64,000 bases of DNA from a virus, in IMG/VR virus record IMGVR_UViG_3300022602_000028; one strand, given 5' to 3'. Below, one piece after another: positions 30,869 through 38,958 of the stretch. The translations under genes and the position numbers were made by a program. The notes under the pieces are model-generated. The model saw nothing but the letters and a program-made list of their open reading frames with translations, was not told the origin of the DNA and ran no database searches. The first letter of the stretch is position 1. The number at the start of each line of letters is the position of its first letter.

Positions 30869-31137
30869 TGAGCAAGCATGTAGAGCCGTCGGATCATCAA
30901 AATGAAGAGTCTCACGAAAGACTCATGGCGGCTTTTAAGGAATATTTTAAGGCAAATCAAAGATGGCATGCTAGAGGCACGAGACGAGCAGGCGAAAACA
31001 TGCGCTACTGGCTAGCGCAGATTCGTATTATAGCTCGCGAACGTAGGGAACATGTACAACAGTATCGTGTTTGGCTAGATCAAGACAAGGCACAACGCAA
31101 GGCAAACCAAAAAGGCGGTGGTACTGAGGACGAATAA
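30868..31137 (+). CDS. Small basic helical protein, possibly Hc1 (histone H1-like) family
   Basis: 89 aa. FKEYFKANQRWHARGTRRAGENMRYWLAQIRIIARERREHVQ resembles the Hc1-type helical hairpin (..KG.KAAG.RAR..L.E.....R.E). The resemblance is by eye only. Confidence 0.45.
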   Translation: MSKHVEPSDHQNEESHERLMAAFKEYFKANQRWHARGTRRAGENMRYWLAQIRIIARERREHVQQYRVWLDQDKAQRKANQKGGGTEDE

Positions 31138-31149
31138 TATACATAGTTA

Positions 31150-31575
31150 ATGTCCTGGTACTATCAAAATGAACAAGTAGAAATTCTTCCTGAAGATTGT
31201 GTTGGGTTTGTTTATCTTATAACAAATACAATCTCAGGGCGTATGTACATAGGCAAAAAACTAGCAAAATTCTCCAAAACTACTTACAAGACAGTAAAAC
31301 TCAAGAACGGCACTAAGAAAAAAAAGAAAATCCGTAGCAAAATTGACAGTGATTGGCGGGACTATTACGGTAGTTCTCCCGAATTAACCAAGGATGTTAC
31401 GCAGTTAGGTCAAGAAAACTTTCGCAGAGAAATATTATTTTACTGTAAATCCAAGGCAGAATGCAGTTATATAGAAGCTCGTGAACAATTCTCACGCAGA
31501 GTTCTTGAATCAAATGACTATTATAATGGTCATATTCAAGTGCGTGTACATGGTTCACATATACTGAAATCTTAA
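31150..31575 (+). CDS. GIY-YIG nuclease (T4 endonuclease II/DenA-like), stand-alone catalytic domain
   Basis: GFVYLITN...YIGKK, YYGSS, catalytic E in CSYIEAREQF, YYN; Lys-rich insert; no NUMOD/HTH C-terminal domain. Confidence 0.85.
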   Translation: MSWYYQNEQVEILPEDCVGFVYLITNTISGRMYIGKKLAKFSKTTYKTVKLKNGTKKKKKIRSKIDSDWRDYYGSSPELTKDVTQLGQENFRREILFYCKSKAECSYIEAREQFSRRVLESNDYYNGHIQVRVHGSHILKS

Positions 31576-31599
31576 TAAATCAGGCTCATAAAACACCAA

Positions 31600-32042
31600 A
31601 TAAGCCCGCACAGGCGTTGATAGTGTGCCCCGAATCCGTTCTGATGTGTGACGGCAAGGTATTTCTGCTTGGTGTCAGAGTTGTAGTTCACTATCCTTTA
31701 CAGGACGATGATGGAATATGCCTATAATCCGTTTGAACTATAAGAAGAATTTTCAAGGCTAAAAGAGAGGTTGTAGCCTCACGGTTCATGTGCGTTTAGC
31801 ATTGTGCATGAGCCCGCCGTCATATAAAGACTCAGCTCGTGGTACCGGATGACCGCCACTGTAACTGCTGAAATGCTAGGGTGATATTGTTCGACTCGGA
31901 TAATGTTAGTCATTTTGCCCGCCAGGGCAAAGTGTGACTGAACGATCTGGATAATATTTAAAGTGCTTCGCACTAAATTATATCATTAACTTAACAGTTA
32001 GTTCGAGCTGATAAGCGAAGAACAGATGAACGTAGTTCATCT
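31600..32042 (+). ncRNA. Candidate large structured non-coding RNA (about 450 nt), class not recognised
   Basis: No credible ORF. About 44% GC (hand count, 31621-31980) versus about 22% in the 27181-27240 spacer. At least 12 helices tile the region, including long-range 31645-31655/31816-31826 (11 bp), 31681-31690/31734-31743, 31783-31790/31807-31814, 31883-31892/31949-31958 and 31911-31920/31925-31934. Many G-U pairs orient it on the + strand. Confidence 0.7.
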
Positions 32043-32053
32043 ACTAATACCGA

Positions 32054-32059
32054 TAAATA
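32054..32059 (+). promoter_or_regulatory. Putative late promoter core (TAAATA), probably leaderless transcript
   Basis: GATAAATAT, 5 nt before ATG 32065; no SD in between. Confidence 0.55.
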
Positions 32060-32064
32060 TCTAC

Positions 32065-33468
32065 ATGAAAGTTACAGAAATTATCTTAAGAGAAAATCAC
32101 GACTTAAAAGAAGGCGAAATAGGACTTGGTCGAAAATTATATCGTTTAGATCGTGGATTCACTGCGGCTGAAACTAAGTTTATAAATGACTATACTACTA
32201 GATATGCCTATGAAGCCACACTGCATGAAACACGATATCCCGGTGTAAAATTTGACAGTTTTGCTGACTGGCTAAAAAAATTACGCCAAGCTGATCCTAA
32301 ACTTGACCAAGTTGAAATGTTAAATGATCCTACTATTATTCAACAAATGATTAAGGTAGCTGAGAAAAAAACCAAGGAAGCTATAGACAACGCTATAAAG
32401 GCGGCTAAGAAAGGCGAAATGGATACGAAACCTCTTAAGGCATTTGACGGTTCAAGTATTATTCGAAAAATTTACTCATTAGGATATCCTGCACTAGTGA
32501 TGGCCGCTATCGAGGAACCTACTAGACAATATCTAACACATAGAGCTTCCTTAAACTATTGGTTATCTAGAGGAGTTATATCTTATAATGCAAGTAAACA
32601 AAATGCCGATCCTAGTTATAAAGATAAGCCAGAAGATTTGAAAAGATGGGCTACACTATCAAACGAACAATTTTATCATACATACATAACTACATTGACT
32701 GCTAATCTTATGACACTGTTACCGGGGTTAACTGTTACAGCCGCAGACAAACTGACTGCTGGCAGTATCTTATGGGAGTGGATTGTAAAATTGCTTCCAG
32801 GTTTAGGAAAAATTGTAGGCAATAAGGGACTAAAATGGTTAACTACTCCTGGCAAAGGCGCTCTCAAGTTACTTTTTAGTACTTTACAAATTACTTTATT
32901 ATGGGACATAAATGAAGCTCCCGGTTTAGATAGTGATCAAAAAGGAATTGCTAATTTGTCCGATCTAGTATGGGTAAAGGTAAATGAATATTCAAATAAC
33001 AATACAGAATGGGGTTGGTATGAAGGCCCTGACTTGGCTAGACAATACATGTGGACGGATACTTTATCTATAGGGGATCGTGCAGTAAACAATGTGTCTA
33101 GTGCAATAAAATCCGCCTGGGAAAGTTCTACAATTCAAACAATTATTAAGAAAATTGAAGAGTTACCAATTGCAGAACCAGAGCTAGGTAAACTTGACAA
33201 AAAAGTTAACACACCTCCTGCACCTACTCCAGAGCCTGGTCAGCCAGAAGGCCCAGGAAAAGGTGATGGCAAAACTATACCTCCCGGAGAACCCGGTAAT
33301 CCTCCTGAACAGCCCGGCAGCCCAGCAAAACCCAAACCTAGAGAAATTGGCTACATTAATGATGCAGGATGGGAAATTGTGAGGAAATCCGGTGATAGGA
33401 CAATCTGGAAACATCCTAATATACCACAAGTAGCTATTCAAGAACCTGGTGAACCTGAACCTAGTTAA
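32065..33468 (+). CDS. Hypothetical protein (467 aa), candidate capsid-internal/ejected protein
   Basis: Probable start is ATG 32065 (MKVTEIILRE...), not the track start 32026, which lies inside the RNA hairpins. It has an N-terminal L-x-E motif, an amphipathic middle and a Pro/Gly/Glu-rich C-terminus. Confidence 0.7.
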   Translation: MKVTEIILRENHDLKEGEIGLGRKLYRLDRGFTAAETKFINDYTTRYAYEATLHETRYPGVKFDSFADWLKKLRQADPKLDQVEMLNDPTIIQQMIKVAEKKTKEAIDNAIKAAKKGEMDTKPLKAFDGSSIIRKIYSLGYPALVMAAIEEPTRQYLTHRASLNYWLSRGVISYNASKQNADPSYKDKPEDLKRWATLSNEQFYHTYITTLTANLMTLLPGLTVTAADKLTAGSILWEWIVKLLPGLGKIVGNKGLKWLTTPGKGALKLLFSTLQITLLWDINEAPGLDSDQKGIANLSDLVWVKVNEYSNNNTEWGWYEGPDLARQYMWTDTLSIGDRAVNNVSSAIKSAWESSTIQTIIKKIEELPIAEPELGKLDKKVNTPPAPTPEPGQPEGPGKGDGKTIPPGEPGNPPEQPGSPAKPKPREIGYINDAGWEIVRKSGDRTIWKHPNIPQVAIQEPGEPEPS

Positions 33469-33698
33469 ATTAAAGTCATTCCGGTATTTTTAGTAGTTTC
33501 TATATTTTCTTTTATAATAGAGTATGCGGCTTCCCTATCATCATGGCTGAATGTATAAAGTAAATCATTTACAGTTAAACCGCCACGCATATACCAACTA
33601 ATTCTAAATAGTTCTAATTTAAAATCTGAGATTTCCTTATCAAGCCTAATTAAACGTTCTCGAATTTGTTCAGGACTTAGTCCAATTAGGCTTAGACG
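33465..33698 (-). CDS. gp51-like chaperone C-terminal segment (77 aa), probably reached by -1 frameshift from the gp26-like gene
   Basis: Not in the track. The -1 frame reads RLSLIGLSPEQIRERLIRLDKEISDFKLELFRISWYMRGGLTVNDLLYTFSHDDREAAYSIIKENIETTKNTGMTLI*. There is no ATG/GTG/TTG between the upstream in-frame stop (33744-33746) and the ATG in WYMRGG. It fills the gap exactly and its stop overlaps the convergent gene's stop. Confidence 0.75.
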   Translation of the reverse strand, partial: RLSLIGLSPEQIRERLIRLDKEISDFKLELFRISWYMRGGLTVNDLLYTFSHDDREAAYSIIKENIETTKNTGMTLI

Positions 33699-33707
33699 AA
33701 AAAATTT
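33642..33707 (-). other. Programmed -1 ribosomal frameshift signal (slippery heptamers plus stem-loop)
   Basis: In-frame A_AAU_UUU (33707-33701) and U_UUU_UUC (33704-33698), followed 4-7 nt later by a perfect 10-bp stem AAGCCUAAUU (33693-33684)/AAUUAGGCUU (33651-33642) that encloses GGAC-UAA-GUCC. Confidence 0.75.
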
Positions 33708-34513
33708 GAAGGATCTAATTCTATAGTGGCAATATTTTCTTGGTTACATTCGGCACATTTAACATTATAGCCTTGAAATTTCCAAGTTTTTCTGTTTTGT
33801 TCAATTTTAGCAGTAATAGCATCAAATATACTTTTATCGCAATTACGCATGTATTCTGTGATAAAATTTCTTTCAGTGACATTGGCGTTAGGAGTTTCAA
33901 TAGATTCCACGCAAGCAATATAACTTTCTATTTGTATCTGACTTAGATCTTTAAACATTTTTGAAATAACATTGTTTCTTTCAGTTTCGTCTTCAATCAA
34001 TTGAGCTTGAGATACTTTTTGTTGCATTTCGTAATTTTTGATATTAATTTCAGTGGCCTGTTTATAGTCTAACGGTTGAATTTTAATAATTAAATCTTGC
34101 AGTACAATTTTGTTATCATACTGACATGAACTAAGATGATCAGTTATTTTTGTAAGATCTAAATTGTAATCATTTTCAGTTGCGCAACCTGGACAAGTGT
34201 GTGTAACAGCCATTTCGTTTCCATATGTAGCTATACGAATAGCAGTAAACAATAACTCAGTATCTAAAACACTAACTCCCCATGCATTTTTAATACTTGG
34301 GCAACAGCTTTCAATAACTCTTACAGTACTTTCTCCGGTAACTAAGGCATCTGGAGTTTTAACAATAATTTCATCCATTCCAGTCATACCGTATACTGGC
34401 AAATTGTTTATATCGCCTTGAATAGTGCCGGGGCTGTTATAAACACCTTGACTAGGCAATCGGACATAAATTTTAGGCTGTCTAAAGTATTGTTGTAAAG
34501 GGTTTAAACTCAT
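33692..34513 (-). CDS. gp26: Baseplate hub/tail assembly chaperone, gp26-like
   Basis: NPLQQYFRQPKIYVRLPSQG, DEII.KTPDAL..GE....VIESCCP, LFTAIRIATYG, CPGC and KCAEC zinc motifs; divergent from the tape measure gene. Confidence 0.8.
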   Translation of the reverse strand: MSLNPLQQYFRQPKIYVRLPSQGVYNSPGTIQGDINNLPVYGMTGMDEIIVKTPDALVTGESTVRVIESCCPSIKNAWGVSVLDTELLFTAIRIATYGNEMAVTHTCPGCATENDYNLDLTKITDHLSSCQYDNKIVLQDLIIKIQPLDYKQATEINIKNYEMQQKVSQAQLIEDETERNNVISKMFKDLSQIQIESYIACVESIETPNANVTERNFITEYMRNCDKSIFDAITAKIEQNRKTWKFQGYNVKCAECNQENIATIELDPSNFFV

Positions 34514-34528
34514 GGTTTTATCTCCAGA

Positions 34529-34550
34529 TAAATATAATATCTAGTATTTA
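34529..34550. promoter_or_regulatory. Back-to-back late promoter cores for the tape measure gene (+) and the gp26-like gene (-)
   Basis: TAAATA on + at 34529-34534; TATAAATA (exact T4 late consensus) on -, with its TAAATA core at 34550-34545. Confidence 0.65.
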
Positions 34551-34577
34551 TATACGCATATTTCCAGGAATTTTTTT

Positions 34578-36956
34578 ATGGCAAAAGACGCAAACGGTAA
34601 CGACATACCAGAAGACCGCCCGGGCAATAGTAAAGCTCCGGATACAGCCGCCAAGCCAAAAACTACTGTCGATGATAAACCATTTACTAATTTTATTGAT
34701 AAACTAACAGGACTTGGTCAAGCCGCTACTAATGCCGCGGCTGGCACTAAAATGTTAGGTGATAATGCTAAACCTGCGGCAGTGGCCTTAGGCGAATTTG
34801 CGGCTACTACAAATAGTATAACATTTGGTATTGGAAATAAAGTTAAAGACGCATTAGATGTAATAGAAGATCAGCGTGTAAAAACTAATAAAGCTGGCGC
34901 ATCTGGTTTAGGCGGAGGGGATCAAACTGGATTAGTATATCAAATGGCTCGTAGTCGAATGACTACAGATCAGTACATAGATATGATGAACAAGCAAAGT
35001 GTAGCTTTGCAAGGCCTTGGTAAAAATGCTAACGAATCTGGTAAGACACTTACGCAAATGACCGCTGAGACTAGAGATAGTCAATTAGGCAAGCAATTAC
35101 AGGCTTACGGTATTACTTTGGGTGACGAGTATATGAAATTGCAGGCGTTGGGATCCATGTACACCAAAGAGAACTTGCAAGGTCCAGAAGGTTCTCAAGG
35201 TGCGGCCAACAGAAAGAAATTAGGAGAAGCTAACGCCGAACTAGCAAAAGAATTACAATTATCTGCAAATGCCACCGGACGAAATCGTGGAGAAATAGAA
35301 GCAGAAATAGAAAGTAGATTAAAAGAAGGAAAATATTCAGCTGCCTTGCAAGGCATGAATGAAGATCAAAGAAAAAACTTTATTAGAACTCAAGCACAAG
35401 TATCTGTGTTTGGTAAAAGTGCAGAAGACTTAGCCGCAACTATTGCAATAGGCGGGAGAAAAACTGAAGAGCAACAAAATTATCTAATGTCAATGGGCCC
35501 TAAGGCCTCTAGAGAATTTGAGCGTGCCGCACAACTAAGTGCAAGTAAGGACGCGGTTTCTAGAGAAGTTGGCCGTGCTATGATGAATAAGGCTTTAGCT
35601 GATGCTGCCGTATATAGACAAGATGATCCTCGCGATAGGTTTAGAAGACAAATTGCCTTAGGCGGTCCACTTGCAGATACTTTTACAAAAGCGCAAGATG
35701 AAGATAGAATTAGTCAGCGTGTAGCACAAGTTTTACGCAATAGCAATGGTACACTTACCCCACAACAAGCTCTTGATCAAGTAAGAAGAGATGCACGATT
35801 TGAAAGAAGCGCACGAAATCCTAAAGAAGCAGTACAAATTGCCGCTAACGAAAATCAAGATCGAGGCGCCAAATCTGCCGAAGCACTAGCAAAAGGATTT
35901 GACGATGCGTTTGCAAAAGGCGCTGGCACCCAAGTAGCTAAAGCAATTGACAGTTATAGTACAGCAGTCTTTGGATCAGGTCAAGCCGCAGATAAAGCCA
36001 CTAAGTATATCGATGGATTTATTAGAGCAATTACTGGCACTCCTACTCCTAAAACAACTCCACCTGTTCCTACTACCACAACAGATGGCAAACCAATACC
36101 ATCTCCAAATAAAATGCCTACTAAGGAAGAAGGAGAAGCAGAACGTAAAGCCGCACAACCTAAAATAACACCTGCAACTCCTAATCCTAGTACGCAAATG
36201 CCGTCTGGAAATACAGTTACTCCCGCAGTAACAGCACCAGTAGTAGCACCTAATCCTAGTACACAAATGCCGTCTAGTACTCCGGCAGCACCTGCGGTAA
36301 CAGCACCTACAGCACCAAATCCTAGTACGCAAACAACTCCCCAAGTAGCTAAACCTACAGTATCTACTCCGTCAATGTCTAATCCAAGTACACAAATGCC
36401 ATCATCGCCGAGTTGGTGGTCTACAAATATGCCAAGTTGGCTGGGCGGATCCGATAAACCTGTTAGCAGAGCAAATACTAGTTTAGGATCAGTTGGATCA
36501 TTGCTTGAACAATTTAGTCCAAACGGCACTCCAGCGCTATTGCATAATGAAGAAGGTGTTATTAATCGTCAACAATTAGATAATTTAGCAAAGGGAGCAA
36601 AGAATTCTGGAGTAGAAGCAGGTTATAAAGAATTTGCCAGTATGTTTGATGGAATTAAAACTAAGATAAGCTCAATCAACACACCGCAGACAACTTATAA
36701 TCCTAGTTCAATGATAAACAGTTCTTTAAAGCTACCAACTGAAGAACCAAAAATATCTGCTCCAGCAATTACTAATCAACAATCACAATCTTCTAATATA
36801 ATCACAGATTCTACAACTCTAAAAGATGTCAATGAACAACTTGTAAGGTTAAATACTGGTATAATGCAATTAGTTGCTAACAGTTCAAAAACTGTTGATT
36901 TGAACGCAATGCAAATCAAAGCTACTAAAAGCCTAAGCGGCAACAAATTTGCCTAA
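34578..36956 (+). CDS. Tape measure protein (gp29-like)
   Basis: Ala/Gln/Glu/Lys-rich helical N-terminal two thirds, Pro/Thr linker, PALLHNEEGVI motif (LHG.E.V type) near the C-terminus; adjacent to the chaperone gene. Confidence 0.7.
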   Translation: MAKDANGNDIPEDRPGNSKAPDTAAKPKTTVDDKPFTNFIDKLTGLGQAATNAAAGTKMLGDNAKPAAVALGEFAATTNSITFGIGNKVKDALDVIEDQRVKTNKAGASGLGGGDQTGLVYQMARSRMTTDQYIDMMNKQSVALQGLGKNANESGKTLTQMTAETRDSQLGKQLQAYGITLGDEYMKLQALGSMYTKENLQGPEGSQGAANRKKLGEANAELAKELQLSANATGRNRGEIEAEIESRLKEGKYSAALQGMNEDQRKNFIRTQAQVSVFGKSAEDLAATIAIGGRKTEEQQNYLMSMGPKASREFERAAQLSASKDAVSREVGRAMMNKALADAAVYRQDDPRDRFRRQIALGGPLADTFTKAQDEDRISQRVAQVLRNSNGTLTPQQALDQVRRDARFERSARNPKEAVQIAANENQDRGAKSAEALAKGFDDAFAKGAGTQVAKAIDSYSTAVFGSGQAADKATKYIDGFIRAITGTPTPKTTPPVPTTTTDGKPIPSPNKMPTKEEGEAERKAAQPKITPATPNPSTQMPSGNTVTPAVTAPVVAPNPSTQMPSSTPAAPAVTAPTAPNPSTQTTPQVAKPTVSTPSMSNPSTQMPSSPSWWSTNMPSWLGGSDKPVSRANTSLGSVGSLLEQFSPNGTPALLHNEEGVINRQQLDNLAKGAKNSGVEAGYKEFASMFDGIKTKISSINTPQTTYNPSSMINSSLKLPTEEPKISAPAITNQQSQSSNIITDSTTLKDVNEQLVRLNTGIMQLVANSSKTVDLNAMQIKATKSLSGNKFA
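36180..36404 (+). repeat. Four intragenic (P/S)NPSTQ(M/T)P repeats in the tape measure linker
   Basis: cctaatcctagtac(g/a)caaatgccgtct at 36180 and 36249, with degenerate copies at 36315 and 36378. Confidence 0.85.
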
Positions 36957-36968
36957 GGACAACCATAA

Positions 36969-38711
36969 ATGAGTTGGAAAAAGTATTTTACACCTGTAGC
37001 GTCAAACACATCAGGCTCACTAAGCCCTTTTAATGGCAGTACTAGCCTTGGCCCAAGCCAAACTAACTATAGTAATTATTTGCCGGACGTTTACACAGGT
37101 AGTCCTAACCGCATTGAACGTTATAGCCAGTATGAAGTAATGGATAGTGATCCAGAAGTTAATGCCGCATTAGATATTCTTGCAGAATTTTGTACACAAA
37201 AATTAAAAGATGGCAAAAGTCCATTTACTGTCAGCTGGAGAAACAAAGCTACTAACAGTGAAGTTAAAATTCTTGCAGAATATATGCAACAATGGACTAA
37301 ACTACAAAAATTTGAAACAAGAATTTTTCGTATTGTACGCAATGTATTCAAATATGGCGATGCTTTTTTTGTCAGAGATCCTGAAAATCAAAAATGGACT
37401 TATATAGATCCTAGTCAAATTATCAAAGTTATTGTAAATGAAAGCGAAGGAAAGAAACCCGAGCAGTATGTTGTTAAAGATCTAGCACCTAATTTTGAAA
37501 ATTTAGTTGTAACACAAATAACTCCTAATATTAATCCACGTAATAATGCCGCTGGCGGTAATAGTTATGGCGGTATGATGGGCAGTCCAGGTAGTAGTAA
37601 AGGTACTGTAGGTAATAGTCCTACTAGTGGAAACGGCAGTAGATTTGGTCTCAATCAACATGAAAGTGCTTTAGATGCAAAACATATTGTGCATTTAAGT
37701 CTAAGTGAAGGATTAGATAACAATTATCCATTTGGTAATAGTCTATTAGAAAATATTTTTAAAGTTTACAAACAAAAAGAGCTATTAGAAGACGCAATTT
37801 TAATTTATCGTATACAACGTGCTCCTGAAAGACGTGTATTTCATATCGACGTAGGTAATATGCCTAGCCATTTAGCTATGGCATTCGTAGAACGTGTTAA
37901 GAATGAGATACATCAACGTAGAATTCCTAGTCAATCAGGTGGCGGACAAAATGTTATCGACTCTGCTTATAATCCTTTAAGCATTAATGAAGACTATTTC
38001 TTTCCAACAACAGCAGAAGGACGTGGATCTAAAGTAGAAACATTGCCCGGCGGGACTAACTTAGGTGAAATTGATGACTTAAAGTACTTTACTAACAAGT
38101 TATTCCGTGGTTTGCGTATTCCAAGTAGCTATTTGCCTACTGGTGCAGACGATAGCCAAGCAAGTTTTAATGATGGACGAGTAGGAACAGCATACATTCA
38201 AGAGTTACGCTTTAACAAATACTGTGAAAGACTACAAAGTCTTATTACATCTGTGTTTGATGAAGAGTTTAAGATGTATATGCATGCCAAAGGACTTAAT
38301 TTAGATGCTAATTTATTTGAATTAAAGTTTAATCCTCCGATGAACTTTGCCAGTTCACGTCAAGCAAGCATTGATGCAGAACGTATTAATACATTTAATA
38401 CCATTCAAGCAGTACCATTTATGTCAAAACGTTTTGCATTAAAGCGTTTCTTAGGTTTAACAGACGAAGAAGTAGCAGAAAACGAACGTTTATGGGGCGA
38501 GGAAGCTGGAAAAGGCGAACCTACAATGACTGATGCCGCTGGAGAAATGCGTAGTGCAGGCTTATCTGCCGCCGGCATTGAAGGAGATTTAGGCGCCGCA
38601 GGTGATATGACTCCTCCAGATGATATGCAAGAAGAACCAGGAGCAGAAAGTCAAGCTACAGCCGCTGGACAAACAGCAGGCACACCTGCTCCAACAGCAC
38701 CACCAGCATAA
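36969..38711 (+). CDS. gp20: Portal protein, T4 gp20-like
   Basis: DPEVNAALDI, KQKELLEDAILIYRIQRAPERRVFHIDVGNMP, EDYFFP..AEGRGSKVETLPGG.NLGEIDDLKYF..KLFRGLRIPSS, ELRFNKYCERLQ. Confidence 0.96.
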   Translation: MSWKKYFTPVASNTSGSLSPFNGSTSLGPSQTNYSNYLPDVYTGSPNRIERYSQYEVMDSDPEVNAALDILAEFCTQKLKDGKSPFTVSWRNKATNSEVKILAEYMQQWTKLQKFETRIFRIVRNVFKYGDAFFVRDPENQKWTYIDPSQIIKVIVNESEGKKPEQYVVKDLAPNFENLVVTQITPNINPRNNAAGGNSYGGMMGSPGSSKGTVGNSPTSGNGSRFGLNQHESALDAKHIVHLSLSEGLDNNYPFGNSLLENIFKVYKQKELLEDAILIYRIQRAPERRVFHIDVGNMPSHLAMAFVERVKNEIHQRRIPSQSGGGQNVIDSAYNPLSINEDYFFPTTAEGRGSKVETLPGGTNLGEIDDLKYFTNKLFRGLRIPSSYLPTGADDSQASFNDGRVGTAYIQELRFNKYCERLQSLITSVFDEEFKMYMHAKGLNLDANLFELKFNPPMNFASSRQASIDAERINTFNTIQAVPFMSKRFALKRFLGLTDEEVAENERLWGEEAGKGEPTMTDAAGEMRSAGLSAAGIEGDLGAAGDMTPPDDMQEEPGAESQATAAGQTAGTPAPTAPPA

Positions 38712-38718
38712 ATACAAT

Positions 38719-38958
38719 ATGATTTTAAGAGAATTGTTTTACATTGATCCTGATACAAGACATGTGGCTAATGATTTACGCTACGAGCCTAAACGTGACG
38801 ATACAGTTATGCACAGAACTGACACACGTAAAACCAGATTAACTTTAAAACAACTTAATGAACTACGTAAAAGTAGTGAAGCACATATACTAGAACAAGA
38901 GAACGAACTAGAATTTATACATTCAATGTACGCAACTCCACCGGCTCCACCGGCATAA
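38719..38958 (+). CDS. Small prohead-core-region protein (79 aa)
   Basis: Probable start is ATG 38719 (MILRELFY...), 4 nt after a TAAATA core. It lies between the portal and core genes, where T4 has gp67/68. Confidence 0.65.
   Translation: MILRELFYIDPDTRHVANDLRYEPKRDDTVMHRTDTRKTRLTLKQLNELRKSSEAHILEQENELEFIHSMYATPPAPPA

Noticed and set aside
31779-31973. 64-aa minus-strand ORF inside the structured region
   Set aside because: No SD or promoter and no recognisable motif; the G-U pairing pattern favours a + strand RNA.
31600-32042. Group I or II intron, RNase P, tmRNA or tRNA identity for the structured region
   Set aside because: No P7/J8-7 (GACUA...AUAGUC) core, no group II domain V, no GAGGAAAGUCC, no TpsiC/CCA arm; the flanking genes are intact and not exon halves.
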